This document shows positions 10,668 to 22,625 of a stretch of DNA of 39,548 bases, one piece after another; the first letter of the stretch is position 1; each line of letters begins with the position of its first letter. Under the pieces are notes generated by a model. It ran no database searches. It worked only from the letters and a program-made list of their open reading frames with translations, and was not told the DNA's origin. Origin of the DNA: Chiloscyllium plagiosum (taxonomy: Eukaryota); the NCBI RefSeq assembly GCF_004010195.1, contig NC_057752.1, positions 15,895,348 to 15,934,895 of the forward strand. Direction: 5' to 3'. Made by a program: the position numbers and the translations under genes.

Positions 10668-13600
10668 AAAAATTCATTTTGTGGGCTATGGGCATTGCTG
10701 GCTGGCCAGCATTGATAGCCCATCCCTATTTGCCCTTGAGAAGGTGGTGCTGAGCTGCCTTCTTGAATCGCCGCAGTCCACCTGCTGTGGGTTGACCCAC
10801 AATGCCATGAGGGAGAGAATTCCAGGATTTTAACCCAGCGACAGTGAAGGAATGGCAATATATTTCCAAGTCAGGATAGTTTTGTGGCTTGCAGGGAAGC
10901 TTGAAGGTGGTGGTATTCCCATAAATCTTTTGCCTGGTCCTTCTAGGTGGAAGAGGTTGTGGGTCTGGAAGGTGCTGCCTGAGGACCTTTGATGAATTTC
11001 TGCAGTGTATCTCGGAGATAATACACACTGCAGCGACTGAGTGTCAGTGGTGGAGGAAGTGAATGCTTATGAGTGTAGTGTCAATCAAACGGGGGCTGCT
11101 TTATTTTGGATGGTGTCAAGTGTTGTTGGGGTTGCACTCATCTTGGCAAATGGGAATATTCCATCCCCTGACTTGAGCCGTGTGGATGGTGGACTGGCTT
11201 TGAGGAATCAAGAGGTAAGTTACTTGCCGCAGTATTCCTTGCTTCTGACCTGATCTTGTTGCCACTGTATACGTGATGAGTCCAATTGAGTTTCTGCTCA
11301 ATGATAACCCCCACGATGTTGATAGTGCAGGAATTCAGTGATGGTAACATCATTGAATGCTGAGGGGCGGTGGTTAGAATGTCTCTTATTTGTGATAGTC
11401 ATAGCTTGGCATTTGTGTGGCGTGAATGTTACTTGACACTTGTCAGCCCAAGCCTGGATATTGTCCTGATCTTGCTCCATTTGAACATGGACTGCTTCAG
11501 TATCTGAGGGGTCATGAATAATAATGAACATTGTGCACACATCCCCCCTTCTGACCTTACGATGGAAGGTCATTGATGAAGCAGCTGAAGATGGTTGGGC
11601 CGAGGACAGTCCCCTGAGGAACTCCTGCAGAGATGGCCTGGAGCTGAAATGACTGACTTCTAACAACCACAGCCATCTTCCAATGTGTCAGGTATGACTT
11701 TAACCACTAGCGAGTTCCCCTTCCCCGATTACTCTTTGATTCCAGTTTTGCTAGGGCTCCAATTGCCACAGTTGTTCAAATGCAGCCTTAATGTCAAGAG
11801 CAGTCACTCTCACCTCCCCTCTGCAATTCAGCTGTTTTTGTCAGTATTTGAACTAAGGTGATAATAAGGTCTGGAGCTGAGTGACCCTGGCAAACCCCAA
11901 ACTGGGCGTCACTGAGCAGGTTATTGTTGACCTGGTGCTGCTTGATAGCGCTGTTCATGACCTCTTCCATCACTTTACTGATGATCGAGAGTAGACTGAT
12001 GGGGCGGTAATTGGCCAGGTTGGATCTGTCCTGCTTTTTATGGACAAGACATACCTGGGCAGTTTTCTCCATTGTTTGGTAGATACCAATGTTGTAACTG
12101 TATTAGAAAAGTTTGGCTAGGGGAGCAGCAAGTTCTGGAGCACATGTCTTCAGTTCTATTGCCGGAATGTTGTCAGGGCTCATTGCCTTTGCATTATTCA
12201 GTGTCAAATAACAAAGAACATTCCAGTTTAGGAACAGGCCCTTCAGCGCTCCAAGCCTGTGCCGATCCAGATCCTCTATCTAAACCTGCTGCCTATTTTC
12301 TAAGGATCTGTATCCCTCTGCTCCCTGCCCATTCATGTATCAGTCTAGATACATCTTAAATGACACTATTATTCCCACCCCTACCACTTCCGCTGGCATC
12401 GTGTTCCAGGCACCCACCACCCTCTGTGTAAAGAATTTTCCACGTATATCTCCCCTAACATTTCCCCTCTCGTGACCCCACTCTGAGAAAAAGCTTCTTG
12501 CTATCCACCCTGTCTGCACCTCTCATGATTTTGTCTGCCTCAATCAAGTCCCCCCTCAACCTCCTCCTTTCCAATGAAAATAATCCTAATCTATTCAATC
12601 TCTCCTCATAGCTAGCGCCTTCCATACCAGGCAACATCCTGGTGAACTTCCTCTGCACCCTCTCCAAAGCTTCCACATCCTTTTGGTAATGTGGCAACCA
12701 GAATTGTACGCAGTATTCCAAATGCAGCTGAACCAAAGTCTTATACAATTGTAACATGACCTGTCAACTCTTGTACTCAATAACCCGCTGAATGAAGGAA
12801 AGCATGCCATATGCCTTCTTCACCACTTTACTGACTTGCGTTGCCACCTTCAGGGAACAATGGACCTGAACACTCAGATCTTCTGTACATCAATTTTCCC
12901 TAGTATTTTTCCATTTACTGTATAGCTTGCTCTGGAATTGCATCTTTCAAAATGCATCACCTCACATTTGTCCGGATTGAACTCCATCTGCCATTTCTCT
13001 GTCCAACTCTCAAATCTATCTGTATCCTGCTGTATTCTCTGACAGCCCCTTCACTATCTGCTGCTCCACCAATCTTAGTGTCATCTGCAAACTTGCTAAT
13101 GAGACAAACTACAACCTTCCTCCAGATCATTTATGTATATCACAAACAACAATGGTCCCAGCATAGATCCCTGTGGAACATCACTGGTCACAGGTCTCCA
13201 TTTTGAGAAATCCCCTTCCACTACTACTCTCTGTCTCCTGTTGTCCAGCCAGTTCTCTATCCATCTAGCTAGAACACCCTAGATCCCATGCGACTTCACC
13301 TTCATCATCAGCCTATCATGTGGAATCTTATCAAACGCCTTACTAAAGTCCATGTATATAACATCTACATCCCTTTCCTCAAGCAACTTTGTCACCTCTT
13401 CAAAGAATTCTATTAGGTTTGTAAGACATGACCTTCCCGGCACAAACCATCACTGATGAGCCCATTTTCTTCCAAATGGGTATATATCCTATCCCTCAGT
13501 ATTTTCTCCAGCAGCTTCCATACCACTGATGGCAGGCTCACCGGTCTGTAATTACCTGGATTATCCCTACCACCCTTCTTAAACAAGGGGACACCATTAG

Positions 13601-14250
13601 CAATTCTCCAGTCCTCTGGGACTTCCCCGTGTTCAAGGATGCTGCAAAGATATCTTTTAAAGCCCCAGCTATGTCCTCTCTCACTTCCTCAGTAACCTGG
13701 GATAGATCCCATCCGGATCTGGGGACTTGTCCACCTTAATGCCTGTTCAAATACACAACACTCCTCCCTCCTTATGCTGACTTGACCTAGAATAATCAAA
13801 GATCCATCCCTAATCTCAACATCCGCCATGTCCCTCTCCTTGGTGAATATCGATGCTAAGTACTCATTAATAATCTCACCCATTTTCTCTGACTCCACAT
13901 GTATCTTTCCTCCTTTGTCCTTGAGTGAGTCAACCCTTTCCCTAGTTACTGTCTTGCTCTAACTGCTTCTTGATATCATGTGGAGTAAATTGAATTGGCT
14001 GAAGACTGGTATCTGTGATACTGGGGACCACTGGAGGAGGTTAAGATGGATCGTTTACTTGGCCCTTCTGGCTGAAGATTGCTGTACAAGCATCAGTGTT
14101 ATCTTTTGCACTGATGTGCTGAGCTCTTCCATCATTGAGGATAGGGATATTTGTGGAGCCTCCTCCAGTGCATTGCTTAATTGTCCACCACTATTCACAG
14201 CTGGATGCGACAGCACTGCAGAGCTGAGGTTAGATCCATTGGTTATGGGG
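10668..14250 (-). mobile_element. Family-B CR1/L2-group LINE, split by CR1 insertion at ~12205-13960
   Basis: VHKKQDRSNLANYRPISLLSIISKVME; IQAWADKCQVTFTPHKCQ; KSWNSLP..FKKAAQHHLL. Family-B sequence resumes at ~13961, matching 3740-3800. Confidence 0.8.
12205..13960 (-). mobile_element. CR1 LINE ORF2 remnant nested in family-B LINE
   Basis: NEYLASIFTKE..; LYKTLVQLHLEYCVQFW..LERVQRKFTRMLPG; many frameshifts. Confidence 0.9.
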
Positions 14251-14454
14251 GGATGGATTTATCACAGTGTTACTTGCAGGAGAAATGCTACTTGCATGAA
14301 TTGATTGGCTGCTGCGATTTCTACAGTGATTGTACTTCAGAAGTGCATGAATAATATATAGTGCTTCAAGGTGTCTTTGTGAAAAAGACCAAAAAACAGT
14401 GCCATTTGCCATTTTCTATCCTGATCCATATCCCTTTGCAACTTCCTTATTGAG

Positions 14455-14898
14455 TAATACAACACAGGAACAGACCCTTTGATCCAACTTGTCCACATTG
14501 ACCAGATATCACAATCTGACCGAGTGCCATTTGCCAGCATTTGACCTTCTAAACTCCACTCCAACTAGATGCCTTTTAAATGCCTCCACCACATCCTTTG
14601 GCAGCTTGTTGCACACATGCACCACCCTCTACGTGAAAAAGTTACCCCTCATGTCCTTAAACCTATGTCCTCTAGCTTTGGACACCACCACCTGAGCAAA
14701 AAGACCTCAGCTATTCACCCTATTCATGTCCCCCTCATGATTTTATAAACCTCTATAAGGTCACTCCCTCAGTATCTGACATTCCAGGCAAAAACAGCCC
14801 CAGGCTTTTGAACCTCTCCCTGCAGCTCAAACACTTCAGTCCCGGCAACATCCTTGTAAATCCTTTCTGTGCCTTTTCACAGCATCCTTCCTATGGGA
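14455..14898 (-). mobile_element. CR1 3' fragment
   Basis: Homologous to 2160-2670. Confidence 0.85.
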
Positions 14899-15052
14899 CT
14901 AAGAATAAGGACCAGATGTAAGGGGTTAGACATGAAGATCACTTAGAAAAGAAGGTAATGCAACTAGTTTCTGATACTTGCTAGTCTTTTTTAACAGTAA
15001 GTATGGATTAAGCATGTTTAAAGATTTTCTTGCCTGACAATTCTACTGGCCT

Positions 15053-15143
15053 GGAGAAAGTGAGGTCTGCAGATGCTGGAGATCAAAGTTGAAACTTTAT
15101 TGCTGGAACAGCACAGCAGGTCAGGCAGCATCCAGGGAACAGG
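15053..15143 (-). mobile_element. 91-bp solo PLE pLTR tip (young family-1 subfamily)
   Basis: Reverse complement of the 3' part of 22501-22626; perfect 13-bp TSD attctactggcct at 15040-15052 and 15144-15156. Confidence 0.92.
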
Positions 15144-15800
15144 ATTCTACTGGCCTTTAAAGCAATGGAATGCAATGAACACTGATTAAGTTTTGCCTAA
15201 TCAGGAAAGCCATTTTAGCATGGAGAGTTCCACATCGTAACTTTGGTCAACAAAATACAAACTATTAAATTTGGAGCTATTCATAGACTTATTCCTTAGA
15301 CACAAATAAAGTAATACAATAATCTCAATAGCAAACAAGAGTCCTCTGTATCATTGGAAAAACAATGGTCAGCTACTATGTGGCATTTCAGCAACATAGT
15401 GTGATAAGCACAGAAATATGCATCATGCAAGCAAAGGTGAGAACTATATAAAATCCCTAAAATATGCCAAATTAAGTCAACTGATAGAGAATATCCAGAA
15501 CATGGGTTTATGTTGAACTAGCATATATGTTTCTACGAGGAGATTACACTTATCATTTAAAATTACAGGATTAAAGTCTCGATAAAGTTGTATACATGCA
15601 CCTGATAAGGATCGAAAACCTCAAAAAGCCTCTGTCTCAAAATCTGGCTACACCATGAGCAATCTGACAAGTCTTGCTCCATCGTCCCACAACATATTTC
15701 ACCATCATGAGATCAAAATAATTATTTATTTGGCCATCTATTGTCATATCATTTGCAGATGTGTTTATTATTTTTATTACACCCAAATTATTGACAGATA

Positions 15801-15894
15801 ATGATGAATAGCAGGTCTCAAAAAAGACGCGTGACTATAAACTTCGAGGAAGCTCTGAACTCTTTAGTTTGCTTACTTCCCCCATATTCTGTAT
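15801..15894 (+). CDS. Probable first coding exon of RBR-like E3 ligase gene (MMNSRSQKRRVTINFEEALNSLVCLLPPYSV+T)
   Basis: Lies in non-repetitive DNA. Acceptor-like ttattgacag ends at 15797, ATG at 15801, open frame, GTATGT donor at 15895 gives phase 1, matching the next exon (T|AC = Tyr). No recognisable motif in this exon. Confidence 0.5.
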
Positions 15895-16270
15895 GTATGT
15901 CTCATCTTTAATTTCATCCTGATCCTTAGCCATACTCTTTTTGAAAGTGTAATTAGTGTCTGCACCCATCCTGTTCAATTGCCACATTCTGAAACTGTGG
16001 TTTTCCTGAGACATTGTGTGAATATGATCAGTATTGTAATCTCATTGATTTTAGTTCCATCCCTACTCTGAGGGAAAATGCTTCCTTCGATTGGGTGACG
16101 AGGAATTTCAACCAAAAATATTGTAACTCGGGTCGTACTGCAAGAGATTCAGTCTGGCTGGATACTGCATTGTAATGAATGTTGAAGATAAAAGGAGCAC
16201 AGTCAGCAGTGGTGCTGTTTACAGAACCGGACAGCTGTCAAAATGATTGTTTGAGTGTCCAGTAGCAAAG

Positions 16271-16366
16271 ATGGAAATGTATTGCTGGAAAAGCGCAGCA
16301 GGTCAGGCAGCATCTAGGGAACAGGAGAATCGACGTTTCGGGCATTAGCCCTTCTTCAGGAAACCC
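16271..16366 (-). mobile_element. Solo PLE pLTR with intact hammerhead core
   Basis: Minus strand CTGAAGA-A-GGGC taat GCCC-GAAACGTC; TSD tgtcca(g/a)tagcaaag at 16256-16270 and 16367-16381. Confidence 0.88.
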
Positions 16367-16435
16367 TGTCCAATAGCAAAGGGTGAACATAGCTCACATA
16401 TGTTAGAATAAAGAACAAAAAGGAAAAACAGACAA

Positions 16436-17100
16436 ACATATAAACATACAAACAAGGGGCATGAGCAGACCATTCCCTTTGAGCTTGCTCCACCGTTCAA
16501 TAAGATGATGGCTGATTTCATTATAACCTCAAATCCACCATCCTGTCTACCCTGAAATGATGGAATGCTCTTGATTAATAAAAGTCTATCCCTCTCTGTC
16601 TTAAAAAAAATTCCAGGACTCTGTCTTCACCATTAAGTCACACAGCACGGAAACAGGCCTGTCAGTCCAACTTGTTCAAGCTGACCAGGTTTTCGAACTA
16701 GTCCTAATTGCCTGCATTTAGCCCATATCCCTCTAAACCTTTCCTATCCGCGTATCTGTCTCTTCAAAGCTGTAATTGTACCATCCTCTATGACTTTCTC
16801 TGGCTGCTCATTCCATATACACACCACCCTCTGTGTGAAAAATTGCCCCTCAGGCCCCTTTTAAATCTTTCCCCTATCTCTTCTAGTTTTGGACAATCCC
16901 ACCCTCGGGAAAAGGCCTTGATTATTTATCCTATCCATGCCCTTCATGAGTTTATAATTGTCTATAAGGTCACCCCCTTATCCTCCTATGCTCCAAGGAA
17001 AACCACCTTTTCAGAGAGGAATTCAAAGACTCAAGACACTCAGGAAAAAAAATTCACCTCTCTATTTTAAACGTGTGACTCCTGGTTTTTAACCAGTGAC
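16436..17100 (-). mobile_element. CR1 3' fragments (older tail interrupted by younger CR1 at ~16636-17003)
   Basis: Similarity to other CR1 tails in the window. Confidence 0.7.
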
Positions 17101-17394
17101 ACCTAGTTTTCCCTGTTTAAATGAACAATATGGAGTCTGTCATTTTGACAGTTAATATAGCAGAGGAATGCAACAAAAATAACAGAAGATAAAGTAATCA
17201 ACTTGTGTAATAGATATTTAAATGTAAATTAATCTCATTCAAAGTACGTGTTGGGGCTGCTCAATATTTTCAGACCGCCTGAATGAAATGAATTGACAAG
17301 CATGATGCTCCTGCTGTCTTTCCTTTCCATGCATACAAACTCATGGCTTTATCTTGCAGCATGACCGATTAACACAATGATTAGTGAAACTTAA

Positions 17395-18772
17395 TTAAGG
17401 CATTCAACAAAGTGGTGGGCGGCATGGTGGCACAGTGGTTAGCACTGCTGCCTCACAGCGCCTGAGACCCAGGTTCAATTCCCGCCTCAGGCGACTGACT
17501 GTGTGGAGTTTGCACGTTCTCCCCGTGTCTGCGTGGGTTTCCTCCAGGTGCTCCGGTTTCCTCCCACAGTCCAAAGATGTGCAGGTCAGGTGAGTTGGCC
17601 ATGCTAAATTTCCCGTAGTGATAGGTGAACGGGTAAATGTAGGAGTATGGGTGGGTTGCGCTTCGGTGGGTCGGTGTGGACTTGTTGGGCCGAAGGGCCT
17701 GTTTCCACACTGTAATGTAATCTAATCTAATCTAAATAAAGTTCCACATGGTAGGCTGGTTAACAAAGTTAGATCACATGGAGTACAGGGAGAACTAGCC
17801 ATTTGGATACAAAATTGCCTCAAAAGTAGGAGACAGAGAGTGGTGGTGGAGGATTGCTTTTTGCATAGGAGAATTGTGACCAGTGGTATGCTGCAAGATT
17901 TGGGGCTGGGTCCACCACTTTTTGTCATTTATATAAATGATTCAAATGTGAATATAGGAGGTATGGTTAGAAAGTTTGTAAATAACACCAAAATTGGTGG
18001 TGTCATGGACAGCGAAGGAGATTATCTCAGAGTACAACGACAAATAGAGTTTAATCTAGATAAATGCGAGGTGCATTTCGGTACAGCAAATCAAGACAGG
18101 ACTTAAACTTAATAGTTAGGTCCTGGGGAGTGGTGCTGAACAAAGAGACCTTGGAGTGCAGGTTCACAGTTCTTTGAAAATGAAGTTGCAGTTGGATAGG
18201 ATAGTGAAGAAGGCATTTGGTATGCTTGCCTTTAATCAGTTAGTATAGGAGTTGGGAGGTCATGTTGTCGCTGTACAGGACATTAGTTAGGCCTCTTTTG
18301 GAATACTGCATTCAATTCTGGTCTCCCTCCAACAGGAAAGATGTTGTTTAACTTGAAATGGTTCGGAAAAGATTTATAAGCATGTTGCCAGGTTTGGAGG
18401 GTTTGAGCTATAGGGAGAGGTTGAGTAGGCTGAGGCTGTTTTCCCTGGAGCATTGGAGGCTGAGGGATGACCTTATTGGAAGTTTATAAAATCATGAGGT
18501 GCATGGATAGGGTAAATAGTCAAGATCCCTTTCCCCAGAGTAGGGGAGTCCAGAACAAGGTGGGCATAAGTTTAAGGTGAGAGGGGAAAAATTTAAATGG
18601 CGCCTAAGGGGCAACCTATTCACGCAGTGAATGGTGCATGTAAGGAGTGAGCTGCCAGAGGATGTGTTGGTGACTGGTACAATTACAACTTTAAAAGGCT
18701 ACTGGATGGTTATGTGAATTGGAAGGGTTTACAGGGATATGGGCCAAATGCTGGCAAACAGTACTAGATTAG
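17395..18772 (+). mobile_element. CR1 LINE RT/3' end, interrupted by SINE
   Basis: KAFNKVPHG split by the [31 protein letters not shown]. Confidence 0.88.
17414..17734 (+). mobile_element. HE1-like V-SINE, full length
   Basis: tRNA head, V-domain, (taatc)n tail; TSD-like aa(c/t)aaagt at 17406-17413 and 17735-17742. Confidence 0.93.
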
Positions 18773-19593
18773 AACATAAGAACCAGGAGCAGGAGTAGGC
18801 CGTCTGGCCCTTCGAGCCTGCTACGCCATTCAATAAGGTCATGGCTGATCCTTCCATGGACTCAGCTCCACTTACCTGCACTCCCCCCCCGTATCTCTTA
18901 TTTCCTTTACAGTTCAAAAACTATAGTTTTAAAAATGTTTACTGAAGTAGCACCAACTACTTCATTGGGCAAGAAATTCCATAGATTTACAACCCTCTGG
19001 GTGAAGAAGTTCCTTGTCAATTCAGTCCTAAATCTGCTCCCTCTAATCTTGAGGCTATGCCCTCTTGTCCTAGTTTCACCTGCCAATGAAGGCATCCTCT
19101 CTACTTCTATCTTATCTATTCCCTTCATAATTTTATGTTTCTATGAGATTCCCTCCCCCCATTCTCCTAAATACCAATGAATGTAATCTCAGTCTACTCA
19201 GTCTTTCTTCATTAGCCAACCCCGTCAACTCCACAATCAACCTAGTGAAATTCCCCTGCACCTCCTCCAGTGCCAGTACATCTTTCCTCAAGTCAGGAGA
19301 CCAGAACTGTACACAGTACTCCAGGTGTGACCTCACTAACACCCTGCAATGTAACCTCCCTGCTTTTAGCAATGAAGGATAAAATTCCATTTGCCTTCCT
19401 AATTACTTGTAGTACATGCAGACCAACTTTGTGATTCATGCACAAAGACACCCAGGTCCCTTTGCACAGCAGCATGCTGCAACTTTTTACCATGCAAGTA
19501 ATAATCCTTTTTACTGTTACTCCTACTGAAATGGATGACTTCACATTTATTAACATTGTATTCCATCTGCCAGACCTTTGCCCACTCACTTAA
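18773..19593 (-). mobile_element. CR1 LINE 3' portion
   Basis: EWAKVWQMEYNVNKCEV; LVRSHLEYCVQFWSP; FFTQRVVNLWNFLP. Confidence 0.88.
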
Positions 19594-19683
19594 TTTAGGA
19601 TATCTGGTTAGCATGGGTTGGACTAAAGGGCCTGTTTCCATGGTGTACATCTCTTTGACTTAATTCACTGACTCTGTCTCCAG

Positions 19684-19781
19684 ACACTAGACCCTGCAGC
19701 AGCCTCCGAGTCAAGGCTTCATGTGGACATATCGCAGAACCCCTGAGTCTAAAAGCCTGGGCTAAGTCTCGGATAGACACG
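19684..19781 (+). CDS. RBR-like E3 ligase exon, degenerate RING1 N-part (TRPCSSLRVKASCGHIAEPLSLKAWAKSRIDT)
   Basis: Acceptor ctctgtctccag, donor GTGAGT at 19782, 98 bp, phase 1 to 0. SCGH...W motif. Not in the ORF track. Confidence 0.85.
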
Positions 19782-19919
19782 GTGAGTTTGTCTTTTTATG
19801 TCTTTGCTGTGCTGTTTACACACCCATGATCTCTGGTATTGACCTGTCTCACAAGTTCTCCCCTTGGACACTGGTCAGTTCCTCAATTCAATGACCAAAA
19901 GGCCAGGCTGAGTCTTTTT

Positions 19920-20254
19920 TTTAATATTCACTCATGGGATTTGGCATCACAGGTTGAACCAGCATTTATTGCCCATCCCTAAGAGTCAACCACATTACCT
20001 TGGTCTGGAGTCATATATAGGCCAGATCAGGTAAGGATGCAGATTTTCTTTCTTAAAGGACATTAGCGAGCCAGAAGAGATTTTCCCAACAATCAATATT
20101 GGCTTCATGGTCACTATTAATTCCAAATAGTTTTAAACTGAATTCAAATTCTACCATCTGCCATGGCAGGATTTGAACCCAAACCCCCAGAACATTACCT
20201 GGGTGTCTGTATTAATAGACCAGTGATACATACCAGTAGGTCATTACTCCCCAT
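19920..20254 (-). mobile_element. tRNA-derived SINE with family-B LINE-type tail; a second partial copy at 20262-20348 and 21122-21158
   Basis: Minus-strand head with B-box ggttcaaatcc; tail ccagcatttattgcccatccct shared with family-B LINE end (~10706-10727). Confidence 0.7.
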
Positions 20255-20348
20255 AGGGCAGTGAAGAATCAATCACATTGCTGTAGGCCAGATCAGATAA
20301 GGATGGCAGTTTCTCTTCCTAAAGGAAATTGGTAAACCAGATGGGTTT

Positions 20349-21121
20349 TATGGAGTTCAACCTGGATAAATGCAAAGTGATGCATTTTGGAAGGTCGAAC
20401 TCAAATGCTGAATATAGGATTAAAGACAGAATTCTTGGCAGTGTGGAGAAACAGAAGGATCTTGGTTTTCAAGTTCCACCCAAGTGGATAGGGTTGTTAA
20501 GAAAGCATATGGTGTTTTGGCTTTCATTAACAGGGGAATCGATTTTAAGAGCCATGAGGTTTTGCTGCAGCTCTACAAGTCCCTGGTGAGACTACACTTG
20601 GAATATTGTGCCCAGTTCTGGTCGCCCTACTATAGGAAAGATAGAGGCTTTGGACAGGGTACAAAGAAGATTTACCAGGATACTGCCTGGACTGGAGGGC
20701 TTGCCTTGTGAAGAGAGGTTGACTAAGTTCGGACGTTTCTCTCTGGAGAGGAGGAAGAGAGGAGACCTGATTGAGGTATACAAGATAATGAGTGGAATAG
20801 ATAGAGTCAATAGCCAGAGACAATTCTCCAGGGCAGGATTGACGGGCACAAAGAGTTATAGTTTTAAGATATTAGGAGAAAGGCATAGAGGGGATATCAG
20901 AGGTAGAGAGTTGTGAATGCATGGAATACGTTGCCAGCGGTGGTGGTGGAAGCAGAGTCATTAGGGACATTCAAGGGAGTGCTGGACATGCACATGGACA
21001 GCAGTGCATTGAGGGGTGCGTAGGTTAAGTTATTTTGTTTTACATTAGAATTAATCTTTGGTACAACATCATGAGCCAAAGGACCTGTTTTGTGCTGTAT
21101 TTTTCTATGTTCTATGTTCTA
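20349..21121 (+). mobile_element. CR1 3' portion, same subfamily as 30937-32945
   Basis: MEFNLDKCKVMHFGRSNSNAEY..; (ttctatg)n tail. Confidence 0.92.
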
Positions 21122-21159
21122 CCTGACAATCAGCAATGGTTTCATGGTCATTATCACCT

Positions 21160-21404
21160 CGGGCAACTGTGTGTTTGGAGGTTGCACATTCTCCCTGTGT
21201 CTGCATGGATTTTCTCCGGGTGCTCCAGTTTCCTCCCACAGTCCAAAGATGTTCAGGGTAGGGTGGGGTGACCATGCTTAATTGCCCATAGTATTTAGGT
21301 TAGATACAGTAGTCAGGGGAATTGGTCTGGGTGGGATACTCTTTGGAGAGTCAGTGTGGACTTGTTGGGCCGAATGGCCTGTTTCCACACTGTAGCGATT
21401 CTAT
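21160..21404 (+). mobile_element. 5'-truncated HE1-like V-SINE
   Basis: V-domain and tail, no head. Confidence 0.85.
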
Positions 21405-21620
21405 GAAATAAATTCTTATTTCCAGAATACTGTCCCTTGTCTGAGTTTGAATGGGATATGAAATTGCAATTACTGTGTAAAACCTCATTCCCAGACTAGC
21501 TTTCTTCAAAACCTGCCTCACCTGGAATTGCAAGTAGGCTGCCTCCCACCTGACCATTCAAATGTCATCCTATTATGTGTTCTTTATTCCGGCAGTGACA
21601 CACAGATTGTCTCTCCTCAG

Positions 21621-21770
21621 GGAATCCATTCTTTTCCATGTCAGACCTGTAAGAAGGAGTGGGTCTGGCAGGAGGTGTGCAAATTAGCACTCTTCACAGA
21701 AGAGGAGAGGGATTGTTATGAGAAAAAATTGGTGGAACTAACCAAAGATGACACTGCTTCCTACAAAAAG
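21621..21770 (+). CDS. RBR-like E3 ligase exon, RING1 C-part and linker (GIHSFPCQTCKKEWVWQEVCKLALFTEEERDCYEKKLVELTKDDTASYKK)
   Basis: Acceptor gtctctcctcag, donor AAG|GTAATG at 21771, 150 bp, phase 0 to 0. CxxC followed by the helical linker typical before an IBR domain. Confidence 0.9.
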
Positions 21771-22420
21771 GTAATGGGCAAAATACAATGAGAGTTGGAC
21801 AGAAAGATAAAGGGTTTGAATGGTCTAATGAGCTAAAGTAGCGATATATCACATTCAAGAGTATTAACGTCAATGAAGATGCATGTTTATGCAAGCTTTT
21901 TTAAAAAAGTATAGCCCATCGTAGCCTTTGTTTGAAGGCTGGTTAGGAGTAACTAGAAAGCTGTGAAATGAGAACCTCCTATTGCATGTTTGTTGCTAAT
22001 AGGTTTATAGTCCGGTGGCTCTGGGAGACCAGGATGTAATGACACACAGCACTTACAGCATCAGAACACACCAGGACAGCTAGCTACTTGCTCAGAGACC
22101 GAGCGAGTGGCATTTTCACATGAATTGCACTGAGGTCTGCAAAATAACTCCAGAGGCTGGTATCTTATCATTAAGTCACCCTTTATTTATATGTGGAAAG
22201 TCCTCGACACTGATTCAGCTCCCTCAGACGCAGCTCTCAGAATGAACAGGATGTCTGACACTCCTGTTCTTATTTTTTTTAAATTTATTAACCAGTACAA
22301 ATTACAAACAAACATTTTACATTAACAGCTGTATACAAGAAACAGCAATTTACGGGGGAAAGGAGTGGCAAAACCAGACCCCAAACCCCACTGTACAAGC
22401 TGTTCACAGGGAAAGGAGAA

Positions 22421-22625
22421 ACTTTATTGCTGGAACAGCACAGCAGGTCAGGCAGCATCCAGGGAACAGGAGATTCGACGTTTCGGGCACAGGCCCTTCT
22501 CCTGAAGAAGGGCCTGTGCCCGAAACGTCGAATCTCCTGTTCCCTGGATGCTGCCTGACCTGCTGTGCTGTTCCAGCAATAAAGTTTCAACTTTGATCTC
22601 CAGCATCTGCAGACCTCACTTTCTC
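22421..22625. mobile_element. Palindromic solo PLE pLTR insertion (inverted + direct copy)
   Basis: 83-bp perfect inverted arms at 22418-22500 and 22506-22588; perfect 16-bp TSD cacagggaaaggagaa at 22405-22420 and 22626-22641. Confidence 0.93.

Noticed and set aside
15601..15620. cctgataaggatcgaaaac as another hammerhead
   Set aside because: No stem II and no pLTR context.
15891..15896. Alternative donor GTATGT at 15891
   Set aside because: It gives phase 0, which is out of frame with the exon at 19684.
17414..17495. tRNA genes (also ~250, 24040, 20170-20250)
   Set aside because: These are SINE heads continuing into SINE body and LINE-derived tail.
21528..21791. ORF-track starts and ends for the RBR exons (also GTG start at 34547)
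   Set aside because: Splice sites define the real boundaries (21621-21770; 34526).
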